A DNA stretch of 64,000 nucleotides from Torpedo marmorata (GCA_977017645.1 OZ360223.1:156178001-156242000), one strand, 5' to 3'; counted from the first letter of the stretch, positions 27,456-39,895 are shown. The notes: generated by a model from the letters alone, not told the origin. Numbers and translations are program-made.

Positions 27456-27904
27456 TTTATCACCAAGTTTAAGAATCCCCAAACTAAACTCTCAAGAAAT
27501 CCATCATAGTATTGTTTCATATGTCACAATCGGAGTGCACACTGTATTCCCATGAGCATGCATCCATTTACCCAAGTCTATAATACTTGAGGATGAGGCA
27601 TTCCTAATCTAATTTACGACTCATGAACTACAGCTGGAGTTTAACCAGTTATATTGATCTATTTATCTTATTATACTCTACGTACTTTAAGGAGTACCTG
27701 GAAACAAGTATTAATTATCTTGGCCAGATTTTAACATCAAGTCAAACAAGCTTGCTGATAAACATGCATGCATCTGGGATACTTTGAAAGTTTCGGCGCA
27801 AACATTAGATTGTTAAGTCAGCAGCATGAGGCAGCCCCGATGTAGTCATCAATATAACGTATATAATGTATAACAATATAATGTAGTCATCAATATAATA
27901 TATC

Positions 27905-29220
27905 CGTTATATTGATGACTACATCGGGGCTGCCTCATGCACCCTTGATGAGCTCGTCAACTTCAATCACTTCGCGGCCAACTTCCACCCCGATCTCAAA
28001 CTCACTTGGTCCATCTCCGACAACACTCCCCCCTTTCTGGATCTCTCTGTCTCCATCTCGGGAGACAAGCTTTCCATTGACATATATTACAAACCCACTA
28101 ACTCCCACAACTACCTTGACTACACTTCCTCACACCCAGTCCCCTGCAATTTCTCCGTCTCCGCCGCATCTGTTCCCAAGATGAGGTCTTCCAGTCCAGA
28201 TCTTCTGAAATGTCTGCCTTCTTCCACAAACATGGCTTCCCCTCCACCACCATCAACTCAGCCCTTACCCGCATCTTCTCAATTTCCTGTTCATCTGCCC
28301 TAGCTCTCTCTGCCCCCAGACACAACAAACACAGGATTCCCCTTGTCCTTACCTTCCACCCCACCAACCTCCAAATCCAACACATTATCCTCTAGAATTT
28401 CTGGCACTTACAACAGGATCCCACTACCAGACACATCTTCCCCTCTCTGCCTTCCGTAGGGACCGCTCCATCCGTGACTCCCTCGTGCACTTATCCCTCC
28501 CCACCAATCCCTCCCCCGGCACCTTCCCCTGTGGCCGCAGGAGGTGCCACACTTGCGCCCACACCTCCTCCCTCACCACAGTTCGGGACCCCAAACAGGC
28601 CTTTCAAGTGAAGCAACACTTCACTTGTGTATCCACAGATTGATTTACTGCATCCGGTGCTCCCTTTGTGGCCTTCTCTACGTCGGAGAGACTGGGCGCA
28701 GACTGGGAGATTGCTTCGCTGAGCACCTTCCCTCTGTCCACAACAGTGACAAAGACCTCCCAGTGGCCAACCACTTTAGTTCTGTGTCCCACTCCCATAC
28801 ACACATGTCTGTCCATGGCCTCATGAGCAAGACTACCCATAAATTGAAGCAACAACACCTGATTTTCCGTCTGGTCACTCTCCAGCTGGATGCCATTAAC
28901 ATTAACTTTTCCGGTTTCTGCTAACCTGCTCTCCTTTCTCCCTCTCCACCCTCTTCCCTCTCGATTCACCTAGCCACCCCTCCTCCCCTTGATCGCTGCT
29001 GTCCCCTCCCTCCCTTCCTTCTCCACCTATTACCTCCTGCCTTTGCGACCACGCCTCCCCCTACTTTTTTTTATTCAGGCGCCTGCCCACATTTTTCCAT
29101 ACCTTGATGAAGGGCTCAAGCCCGAAACGTCGGTTATGTATTTTTTATCTTTATATAAAGGACACTGCTTGACCTGCTGAGTTTCTCCAGCTTTGTGTTT
29201 TTAATTCTTTCGTGTTTTAC
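27905..29220 (+). mobile_element. Penelope-like element, 5'-truncated at the RT YIDD motif
   Basis: cgt tat att gat gac (RYIDD) at 27905; GIY-YIG YCIRCSLCGLLYVGETGRRLGD; intact 3' end. Confidence 0.9.
29098..29138 (+). ncRNA. Minimal type I hammerhead ribozyme motif (PLE-associated, C3U variant)
   Basis: catacc-UUGAUGA-a-gggc(ucaa)gccc-GAAA-C-GUC^-gguuaug: stem I, core, stem II, loopless palindromic stem III; predicted cut after 29131. Confidence 0.7.
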
Positions 29221-30779
29221 ATCTGGTGAATCTCCTCTGCATCCATTTAGCTACCCCAATAACTCAGTAGAATCCTGCGTTTGACAACTTGAATAAACAA
29301 GTTTAAGAGAAGACATAAATATAATAATAATGTATTGGTATTTAATTGCAGTTTAGAAAGGGTATGGAACTTATAGCTGGTATCTTTAACTCCTCCATGT
29401 ACTGTATACTCTTGAATGTCCCCAAATTTAGAGCTGTGGACAGATAATAGTCAATAAATGGTGTATTTTTAAGTTCAAAAAGCTATTGATGCACTCTTGT
29501 CTGTTACTTTCTAATGTTGATGGGAGGTTTAAAATAAAAATCTTAGGATATAATTTAATTTTCAGTACTTTTCTCTAAGACTTATCAAAGTCATTGTTCA
29601 CAAAAGGAACTCTTTTAATTCTAAACATCATAAGAGGTGATCATTTTTATCTTTTATAAATTGTATTCACAAAGCAGATTTTAAAATGGGTTGTTTCATT
29701 AAGGTAGCACCATTATGTCTACAAACAAATCTATACAAGCACACACGTCATTTTAAATCAACCAAAGCAAGATGCATGGGTTCAGATTAAAATTCAGGTT
29801 ATGGTCACAAAAAAACGATTAATCAACATATATTTACAGATCATGCACAGGAAGCTAGTTTTGAATAATTTAGTGTAAACCATCATGGGGAAGATGAAGT
29901 TAAACGTTGGGTCCATAGATAAATTTCATTGTAGTTGTGCAAGGGATGAATGGTTCGGGGAGTTTCCAATGGAATTGGATGATGGCCTCACACTGTTACG
30001 AACTCAGAGATTTTAAGAAACTGATACACGCCACCGCTTCTTCCAGTAGTTGTCCCTCAATGAGTTGCAGTCCGTCGGATCGATCTGAATGGAAAACTAC
30101 TGCACATCACGTGCATGCAAACCAGTTTTGTTCAATCCCAAACTGTTGCATTTCTCCTATTCATGCCAAGGAGCCTTGGAAGGGGGCAAACGTTTATTCT
30201 ACTGCGTAAAAATAAAGATAATATATCACGAATAATTAGGGACGATGTAATCACTTGTATGTACAGTATTAGTATTCGGGGCTACTTCTCCGCATGTTAC
30301 ATTTTCACCTGAAACACATGCAATACGCTTACATACGCCTTGCATACGCTTCTGATCATATGAGTTTGGGGGGGGGGGTGTGGTTTGCTGGTTAAACCAT
30401 TGATTTATACGGAGTAATTAGATTCTGTTTTTTTCTTGTACAGATCCACGGTTAACTCTGTACGAACCCAACATCTTTTTAACGCTTCAGGGTTTGGCGG
30501 GAGAAAGATGTTCTGTTCGATAAAGGAGAAATATTACATTATTAAATGAGGCATAGAAATAAAACAAAAAATCCAAAAAGTTTACACAATGAATGCGACA
30601 GAAAGAGAACTGAGCGTCAAACAATAGAATGTTTTCCACTTTGGACTTTAGACCGAATGATTTACTCCGTCCCAGGTTTTTACAACAGCCGTCAAGTGGG
30701 GGGATGCTGTCCAAGCCCGGAATAGCGTAAAGGGAGGGAGAGGGGGTTTAGAAACTCCTAAACATGCTGTTTCCAGGCT

Positions 30780-31130
30780 CCCCCCTGTCGATGTATCTCA
30801 GCAGCCAACCAATCAGTGTAGTCCGTCTCAGTAACCAAACTGGCCAGTCACTCCAGAGGGAAACACCCGCCCACCCATCTGTGTTTGATTGGCGGAGGGG
30901 GTGAGTCGTCTAAGCGTGATTGACGCGTCCATTGGCTAGCTGCAGAGATTGACGTCTAGCCTCGCAGGCTGATTGATTGCGTTTCTTGTCACTCCAGTAC
31001 GGAAGGCGGGGCCGAGGCCGCCTTTTCCGCTGCCGGGGCTGGGCTGCGTGCGCGGACGCGGCGATGGGGTCGCCCCGGGTTTGATGGTTTGACAGGTGCC
31101 CGACGCCAGGCAGCTCCTTCCCCAGAAAGC
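30780..31130 (+). promoter_or_regulatory. ssbp3 CpG-island promoter and 5' UTR
   Basis: CpG-rich; CCAAT 30809; ATTGG 30888 and 30931; TGATTGAC 30917; TGATTGAT 30970; GGCGGG about 31005; directly upstream of the ATG. Confidence 0.8.
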
Positions 31131-31186
31131 ATGTTCGCCAAAAGCAAAGGTTCGGCGGTGCCCTCGGACGGGCAAGCTCGAGAAAA
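31131..31186 (+). CDS. ssbp3: SSBP3 (SSDP1)-type LIM/LDB1 cofactor, coding exon 1
   Basis: agcATG; MFAKSKGSAVPSDGQARE(K); donor gtaagt. MFAK and SDGQ match SSBP3 rather than SSBP2 or SSBP4. Confidence 0.9.
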
Positions 31187-31513
31187 GTAAGTTTATTTTT
31201 TGTTATTCAGAAAATACGAAATTTCTCAGCGTTTGCAGGCTCCCCGGGGCCGGGCAGCGGCCGCTGCAAATCCCGGGGATTAAATCGCTTTTCATTATTA
31301 TTATTATTATTTGTTTTTGACTCACACGCTGTGCGTTTCCGCTTCTTTGAAGAAACTGAATGAAGCAGTGTGTCCGGCGGGTCTGGTTGGTGCAGCGCCG
31401 CTCGATGACAACCCCCACAGATCCTCACTTGCTCTCTCCCTCTCGCTCCGCATTCCCGCTGTAATAAATAGATAGTCTTGTAACCGGCTCCTTTGTGTCT
31501 CCTTCGCCTGCAG

Positions 31514-31586
31514 GTTGGCTCTGTACGTGTACGAATATCTGCTTCATGTCGGGGCACAGAAATCTGCACAGACCTTCCTCTCAGAG
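31514..31586 (+). CDS. ssbp3: ssbp3 coding exon 2 (LisH/LUFS domain)
   Basis: Acceptor cctgcag|, 73 bp, [24 protein letters not shown], donor |gtaac. Confidence 0.95.
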
Positions 31587-31808
31587 GTAACTACATGTCT
31601 CCATCACTCCGCTTTAGCCTTTGTTTCTCAGGCGGACAATCTCGCCTCCATTTTGAATTGTGTTAACCTTTTGCCATTTATTGTAGCTACAAAACAAAAA
31701 AAATCTATTCAACTGACTAGTTTTGAACGCAGTCTTTCCCCGCCAACAACCCCTCTCCCCGTTTTTCTTCTGGACTTGTTCTGAGTTTTTTTTGTTTTTG
31801 GTTTACAG

Positions 31809-31870
31809 ATACGATGGGAGAAAAATATTACATTAGGAGAACCTCCTGGGTTTTTACACTCCTGGTGGTG
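31809..31870 (+). CDS. ssbp3: ssbp3 coding exon 3
   Basis: Acceptor tttacag|, 62 bp, IRWEKNITLGEPPGFLHSWW(C), donor |gtaag. Confidence 0.95.
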
Positions 31871-33764
31871 GTAAGTAGATAATTTTAAGTGTCCCACATT
31901 GGGCTTGAACAGAGTTCCCACCATTGCTCCCAGTGATAAATATATGCTATGATACCTTAATTTCTGTGGCTTCACTTGTAACTTTGAGACAACATTATAA
32001 CTAATGATACCGATAATAGGGAATCAACACAAAGGGTTATACTGTAGTAGCAACAGGCATCCTTTGGTTAAAATCATAAGTTTTGGAGTTGATTGTGACC
32101 ATTAGTTAAATAGTTTAGTTTGTGGTGTTTTCAAAATTGTAGTGTGCAGAATGTGCAAAATGTTGTCAATTGTGATTGCAATTTCAAGGGTGTTGTCTCT
32201 GTTTATAAACATTACTGCATAATGTTTATAAACTTTTTGGTTTTAAGACTGGGGTTGATGCATAGGATGTATGGGTTTAATTTTCTCTTGCAATTGTGTT
32301 ATTCTGTATTGTTACTTGAAGAGAATAAAAGAAAAGTATTTGTGTTTAGATGGGTTACTCGAACTGGTAGATTGTTCAAATTCTGCAGTGGTTATCTAGA
32401 CCTTGGAAGTTGCATCATGTATTCGGGAGCAAGAGACGTGGTGTGGGCTGTGTGAAGGATGCATCATTCTCCCTCAAATGACATTTTGCCTTTTGCTAAC
32501 GTGTAATTCCACAGGTGGTAGCAGTTGTGCAGAATCTTATTCAAATATCCATTCAGGTTAATTGACTCTGATGCCTATCAGAATTAAAGATCTCAAATGC
32601 TTACTCAAACAAGAATTATTACATTGAATATAAACAATACTTAGAAATCATCCTTTTTCCAGTCACCTGTTACTGCCTTTCTTCCACCAAACCTCTTGCC
32701 CAAATTCAGAGATACAGATCGGTTTTCTCACTGGGATGACATTGTTGGGATTCATTTTGCCTGTTGGGTATTTGGATGGATAGTGCAAGATAGTGGTGAC
32801 CCTTTTTTTTGTTGTTGTTGTTGAGGGGATTGGAGTGAGCAAGAAGTATACATATTTTTGTGACTATGACTTCATTGTTTTAAACTGGATTTGAAGTGAA
32901 TTGGAAGTTGTGTGGTGGAACAGGAGAGATTTCTATACACGAGAATATGTAAATTGTCTTTTGAGTGAACAGATTCTTGATGTGGAGTAATTTAGTTGCA
33001 TGTGATTTTCACTGGCAGACTGCAAATTGCCATTGAGTTGTTAGTAGACACTGATTCATGTATGTTTACATGTAAACATGTACGTTTTTTGTGGGCTTGG
33101 TCAGCTCCTGATTCCATTTGGTTGTATCGGCATTATTCACTACGGGCACATTGCCTCTCATTGGGAACAATATTTATTTGCTTGCTGCCTCCACATATTG
33201 CCAATGATTTTTGGTAATGTTGATGCAGGAACAGTTATTATTCTGGTTCATGGGGAAATATACTGTTTTGTTTTTGTTTTCTGCAATGTTTGATCAACTA
33301 TTTGGCTTTTTTTGGGAAACCTTGCTACAAATATTGGGATGTTTTCCCATCCAGTTCTTGGTACTCAACAGGATATTCCTTGTTTATGTTAATAAATCCA
33401 AGTTCACCAGTAAGACAAAGATTCTGAATCATGGTGCCTGTAATTTGGTTGTTAATATTTTCCAGTTCATCTTCAGTAAGAAAGTGTACTTATTCATGCT
33501 GTGCTTTCTAATTTTGCTAATGATTCATCCATGTTTGAGAAGTTATTGACTTGTGTTTTTACAGTTCTCTGAGCGGACACCTCGTGTTTGGAACTACTTG
33601 TATTTTTAGAACTTTTTAAGAACTCTTTGACATTCACCTGGTTTGAAACTGTGTCTTTTACACAACCAAGAATATTAATCAGATAACCCATTCCATTTGT
33701 ATTCTCAAAGTTCTGGTGAAAAGACTCACGTTTTGGTTACTGTTTTAAAAAAAAAAAAAATACA

Positions 33765-33895
33765 TTGCCAGAAACAAAACTGCTGGAGGAACTCAACAAG
33801 TCAAGCAGCATCTTCGTTTTGATGGGGCATGGGGTTGAGGGGGTGGAAGGGAAGGAATTGTCCCAGGTTTTGGGTCATGACCCATGCATTAGGTC
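33765..33895 (-). mobile_element. Old Penelope-end fragment with degenerate hammerhead motif
   Basis: tgctggaggaactcaacaagtcaagcagcatc...ttttgggtcatgacccatgcattagg is the reverse of the PLE terminus. Confidence 0.55.
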
Positions 33896-34709
33896 TATTT
33901 CCAGCCTAGCTACTTGTGCAAATATGATAGTGGAGGAAGGCATACATGTTCATTCACAAGCAGCTTCCCCCACCTTCCCCCACTGTGTTCGTGATGTTGC
34001 CTAATTTGTTATAGTGAGGATTTTAGCTTGGGAGTGAGTTGACCAAAAAGAACAGTGTTTAATATAGTTTGTGAGAGTTATTGTGAGTTTATTAGTCTGT
34101 GACTTGACTAATCTTTGCTTAGATGATGTCCTTAGTGACCCTAGGGCCAGGGAGGTTAAGACCTAAATAGAGATATTTATGTTTGCCTATTGACCTATAT
34201 TTGAAGGGTGTGTTGTGTTTGTAAGTTTTTTAAATGCATGCTTTCAGCAATTATTTGGTCATCTGTTGTAACATTTCCTTGTGTGCCACAGTGTTTACTT
34301 TTGTGAAGTTCCTTGAGATACTTTGGAATCTTAAAGATGCAACATAGTAATGGTGAATGAGAGGGAAAATTGTTCATGTAATAAAATATCAGTTGGAATA
34401 GAAAAGGTAAAGGTGCACTGCATCTGCAGGACTGATTCATGAATATAAAGTGACAAAAACATGTTCTGGTTAAACATCAAATAACGCTTCATAGGGAATC
34501 ACAAGAACTATAATTAACATTTGGAATGAATTCATGATTTGAGGCAAAAGATGGAGTTATTCAGGTTGGAGATTTTATGTCGGGCAATGGATGCTCACGA
34601 TTTCACATGTATTTGCAAATTGGGTAAAGAGATGAGGATCCTGGTGGAGGAGCTGGAAGTTACAGCTTTGGTTTTCAGATGTGCTGTTGGTGAGAAGAGG
34701 TAGAAAACT

Positions 34710-34850
34710 CTTTTGTTCGGACACCTGCCGGCATTTTCTCATACTTTGATGAAGGGCTCAAGCCCGAAACGTCGGTTATGTATTTCTACCTTTGCTACAT
34801 AAAAGACACTGTTTGACCTGCTGAGTTTCTCCAGCATTTGTGTTTTTTAG
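34710..34850 (+). mobile_element. Solo Penelope 3' terminus with intact hammerhead motif (34740-34780), in ssbp3 intron 3
   Basis: Nearly identical to the reverse complement of 42295-42433; catact-UUGAUGA-agggcucaagccc-GAAACGUC-gguuaug. Confidence 0.8.
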
Positions 34851-35468
34851 ATAAGTTAAGTGTGTCTTGATGTTAAATCCTGGGATGGTACAAGCAGCCC
34901 GGTTTTTTTTTTTTAAAAAATAAGGTAGGATTTCATTTTGAAGGCTGTGAAGTGGATGTAGTGCAAGTTGGTGAGATGTCAGTGGGAGTTAAAAGAAAAT
35001 CTGCAAAAGATAGTGTTAGTGGGACACTAATTGTCTGAAATAATGATAAACTAGTTGCAAATTCCCATGTTCTGCCAGGTAAATGTTTTGGGAGAGCACC
35101 TGAGGGTACATTTGTAAATGTGCAGCACATAGCATGAATGGAAATGATAGACACCTTGAAGTAGACTGAGAAGCTGATGGGTTGGAATTTAAACTGTTTA
35201 TACACGGTTGGCATTTGCGATCAAGCCCATGAGCACTAATTTACTGATTATTGTTCATTGTAAATATTTTTCCTCCAAATATTTTTTTAAAAGTGTAGAT
35301 TGGGTTGATTTTTTAATGTGTTTTCAAGGAGCAAAATCATTGTACTTAAATTGTAACTGGTCTTGGATATTCGATGCTTGCATGTGTCTTTTTATCATAA
35401 AGAACTATTTACCTGCATGAAACATTTTGGAATGAATGAAATTATTAATCTTTTCTTTTCTCTGTCAG

Positions 35469-35553
35469 TGTATTTTGGGACCTGTACTGTGCAGCTCCTG
35501 AAAGGCGAGACACGTGTGAACATTCGAGTGAAGCAAAAGCCTTTCATGATTAT
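35469..35553 (+). CDS. ssbp3: ssbp3 coding exon 4; gene continues beyond the window
   Basis: Acceptor ctgtcag|, 85 bp, (C)[28 protein letters not shown], donor |gtgagt; RRDTC is the SSBP3 variant. Confidence 0.95.
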
Positions 35554-38469
35554 GTGAGTTAATTAAAAATTCTTCTGAATGATAGTTGCCAAATTGTGTG
35601 GTCATTTCTGGAGTAAACTTTTTGGAAGAAAAATTTCATCAACGTTGGTGTGAATTGCCAATTCTGTTTATAAAGTGTTTTGATAGAAAGATTGAAAATT
35701 ATTGTGATTTTTCTGGCCTGTATATCCTTGAATTAACTTGCAAGAGAATTAGTTTGGATACATTTGCTGCAAACTTTGATTACCCTACATTAAAAGACCA
35801 AGCAAGGATGAATAAATAATTGTTTTTTTGAAAAGTAACATTAAAGTAAATATATTTTGTTGTAAGGTTATTTGAGATCTTGAGTTTGTTGTAATTCTGT
35901 GTAAAAAGCTTGAAACATGGTCTCAGTATAAACAGAATTTGCCTTTTGGTTACTCTCTGCCTGCATACTGGTACGTGGAATGATTTTCAGCAGGTGCTTG
36001 GAGGACTTTCATGCAGTAAAAGTCCAGGATCAATCTGCTTTGAATCTGAGGTCTGCTATTGAAGCCATCAGAAATGTACATTGGAGATTGTTCTGCATAA
36101 TTTAAGAACACTCAATTAGAATGTGTTCATCACGGAATGTAAATCATTTTTATTCAGAAGGGCAATAATGGTTTTAAAATGGGTTTGAGAGAAAAATAAA
36201 CTTTTGGAGTTTAACAATACATGAAAATCTTGGAATTTTTTGAAGCATTTGACATAATGCACTGAGAATAAGAAGTTTTGGGAAATTTTGTGGTATTTTA
36301 TTACTGGTGAATAGAGTTTTTTTGTGGATGAGTTTGTCTAGTTAATGACACATGCTCTGCTTAACACTTGGGCACTGGGGTGCCATGACTGAATATGCTT
36401 GTGATAATGAATCTGCTTCCTTGGTATAACGCTTGTTCTACAAGATAAAGTATTTTTTTGTGGAAGTGTTTTGTTTTGGAAAATATTATGTGGGTTTATA
36501 TAAATGCTGTTATTTCAACTTAAACAATTAGGTCTTGTCTGTTCAGTGCATACCAGTTTTAAAATGTGGAAAAACCTATGTGAAGTTCTAAATGTGTCAA
36601 ACACCTGCCAACAGATGTTGTGTGATGCTCTTTAATACTGTTGCTTTTCTTTGGTGCACTCAGTAGTGTATGTATGTCTGTTGATGTGTCACTGGTTCAG
36701 CTTTGTCATTTGCTAATGGGACGTGAAGTAGCATTGGTGTGACTGTGTCAGAGCAAGTGCTGTCCTTTCCCAGCATGACTGCGTAAGAGACGAGAAAATT
36801 TATAACCCTGGCACAGGATTTTGCTTGTTGGCCAGGTGACAACAACCTGTTTATGATTAACTGCACTGCAGGTGGAACTGAGTAGTTAGAACCAGGCTAA
36901 AGTGACCAGTTGAGTAACAATACTTTACCAGACTTGTAGCAAAAGGCGTTGAAGCACATATGCTGTATTATTTTACATTACCACCATGTCCTCCAGCTGT
37001 ATCAAGAAAAATGCATGTGACATTACAAATTATGCACTTTTCCATCTTGTATGTAACCTGCTCAGACACATTGATAGTGGGATAAAATAACATTGTATTT
37101 CTCATGTTTTTTAAAAACAAATGTACACAGGAGATGACTAGGACAGTATATTTAGAACGTTCATTGTTAAAGTTACCTTGGTAGATCTCAACATATTTGC
37201 GTACTTTAGCAGGTACCATATTTATTTTACTGTAATTACTAAATCTATGAGGGATAATTATCACCAAAACAATTATTTTTGCCATGCAGGGACATCTGAG
37301 GTGTCTGATTTTGAACAAGTGTTGATAATTGCAGTCAGAAAGTCTCAGTTTTGAATAAGGAAAGGTATTGGGCTCAGAATCTTGTCTGATTCCTGTTAGC
37401 CCACTGACTATATTATCTCTTGGCATATACAGAACTGGTTGACGTATGTTTCAGTCCTCTTGGTGAGTTAGTTGATCTATGACAAGATGGGTGGCTTGGG
37501 TGCTGTTTATGGCAAAATTTCTCTAGAAAGTAATTTTAAAAAATGGCTGTAACTCCTGGTTTTTAACTCGTGCATGTCATTGAAAGGCAATGAGCACAGA
37601 AAATGTACAAAACTGATGAAAGCTGAGGGTAACCATCTTCAAGTAAGGAGGGAGAGGAAAAATGAGGGGATTTAATATTGTATAAATAGCCTCCACCCCA
37701 AAGTTGAACCTTCCTACAAGTAAATTAACTTATAGTCAGAATTTGAAGATGCTCAATTCAGACTTGATGTTTGTTTTTAACATCCAAAGGTTTGTGGTAA
37801 TGTGCAGTCCTACTAGGTTAATTTGTGATTAGTGATGTATGTGTTTGCAACTCTGGATTGAGATGGCAGTAAATTTTTGCACATTGGCTGTTGGCTGTCC
37901 ATTACTTTTTTGGATTTGTGTAAAATCGGTACCTGATCTCATGATTACTTTTAGAATGAGCTTTTGCTGAGAGCAGTAGTGTTTGGCTAAGGTCCTGGCA
38001 CTTGGTAGCCAAAGCTGATGGTATTCTCAGCCAAGGTTCATGCTATGTGCAGTTCAGTTCCGAAGCCAGTATTTTCATCGAAAAGTCAGATGGCATACTT
38101 GTACTTTTTTTGAGAATTCCTCCATTCTAATGAAAATCCAGTGGAAGCTGGTCCCTTGTTCTGTTTAGAAAGAAATAATTGGTGGGTGAATGACATACCC
38201 ATGAAAATACTGCTTTCTAATGTTTATGGACTGTAGCAGGATTGCAATTATAACTAGAAGCACTATGCCTCCGGAAGTGCCTGTGTAAGTGTCATGAAAA
38301 GATCTGGAAAATTGGTTTCTGTATTCCCATGTAAATGGCACTAGAGAGTATCAACTGCAATTGAATTGTTCAAAGACAATGTTTGCCATGAAAACACGTC
38401 CACTGTAATTGCCAGTTTTGCGCATCTAGATCTCGTGTCACCATCCTTGTATTTAAATTGCATTAATAA

Positions 38470-39895
38470 TGAGTTTATTGTCATATACATAAATATAGCA
38501 TACAGATACACCAAAATTCTTGCTTGGTACAGCCACATAGGTATGTAAGAAACACCCAATTTAGTAGTATACATTAAGTTACAACAACATGCCAAGCCAG
38601 ATAAATGGGTAATAAACAAAAGGATAGATAAATACTCAAAATGTCAGTAAGTGTGAGTGGAGTTAAAAAATCAACAGATGTTTCATTAGTTCAGAGATAT
38701 CTTGGTAGTAGTGGGTTAGGCTGATATAGGGAGGCTCAAGAGCCTGATAGTTTTCAGGGGAAAAATTGTTCTTGAACCTAGAGGTGCTGGGCTTCCGGCT
38801 TCTATACTTTCTGCCTGAAGATAGCAATGTGCAGATGTTATGACTAGGATGAGAGGGGTCTTTTATTATGTTGGCTGCCTTCTTGAGGCAGCATCTTGCA
38901 CACATGTCTTCAATAGATTGGAACATGGTGCTTGCAATGAACTTGGCTAGCTTTGTCAGTTTTTACAGCCTCCTGTGTTCCTGGGCACTTTGTGTTTCCA
39001 AACCAGGCTGTGATACAACCACCGGTAGAAGTTTAATATTCATCGACATCCCAAATCTCAGACGACTTAAAGAACAGACATTGGTGTTCCTTCTTCATGG
39101 TTGCCTCTGTGCTAGCTCCAGGAGAGATCCTCCGATAAAGTGGTCTCCCAGGAACTTGAGGATACTAACCCTCTCCCAGGTCATTCCATCAATGAGACTG
39201 GTGTGTAGTCCTTTGGCCTCCCTTTCCTAAAGTTCACAATATGCTCCTTGGTCTTGCTGATGTTGAGAGCAAGATTGTTCAGGCATCACGCAACCATATT
39301 CTCGATCTCCATCTCGTGATTCCCCATTATTCAGCCAACAACGGTGGTGTCGTCAGCGAATTTATAGATTGTGCTGGAGTTGGCTTCACATCATGAGTGT
39401 GTGGGGAATAGAGCAAGGGACTAAGCACACAGCCTTTGGGTGCCATTGTGTTGATGGTCAGTGAGGAGAAGGGGATGTTGCTGGCGTGCACTGTAGACTG
39501 CTGATGAAATAGAGCATCTACTTGCAAAGGGACGACCAGAGTCCCAGATCTCTGCACTTGATTATTGGTTTTGCTGGTATGATGGTGTTAAACGCTGAGT
39601 TGTTGGGGGGGGGGGGGGGTGGTGTCAATGAACAACAGTCTGACGTAGATGTTCTTGAGGTCTGGGTGATCTAACACAGAGTGGAGGACCAGTGAGATGA
39701 TATCCACTGTTGACCTGTTGTGATGATAGGCAAATTGAAGTGGGCCCAGGTCCTTCCTCTGTAACCAACCTCTCAAAGCACGTCATCATGGTTGACATAA
39801 GTGTCACCAGCTGATAGTGTTGAGGCAGGTCACCTTTCTCTTGGGCACTGGTATGATGGGTGTCCTTCTGAAGTAGGTGAATAGATGTCACAATC
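38470..39895 (-). mobile_element. Rex1/Babar LINE fragment, decayed
   Basis: Minus peptides YQLVTLMSTMMTCFERLV, QFAYHHNRSTVD, YVRLLFID, APKGCVLSPLLYS, SGRKYRS; tail tttattgtcat at about 38474. Confidence 0.85.

Noticed and set aside
31131-35553. Assignment to SSBP2 or SSBP4
   Set aside because: MFAK, SDGQ, LLHVG and [18 protein letters not shown] fit SSBP3 best; an unnamed SSBP3 sister paralog is not excluded.
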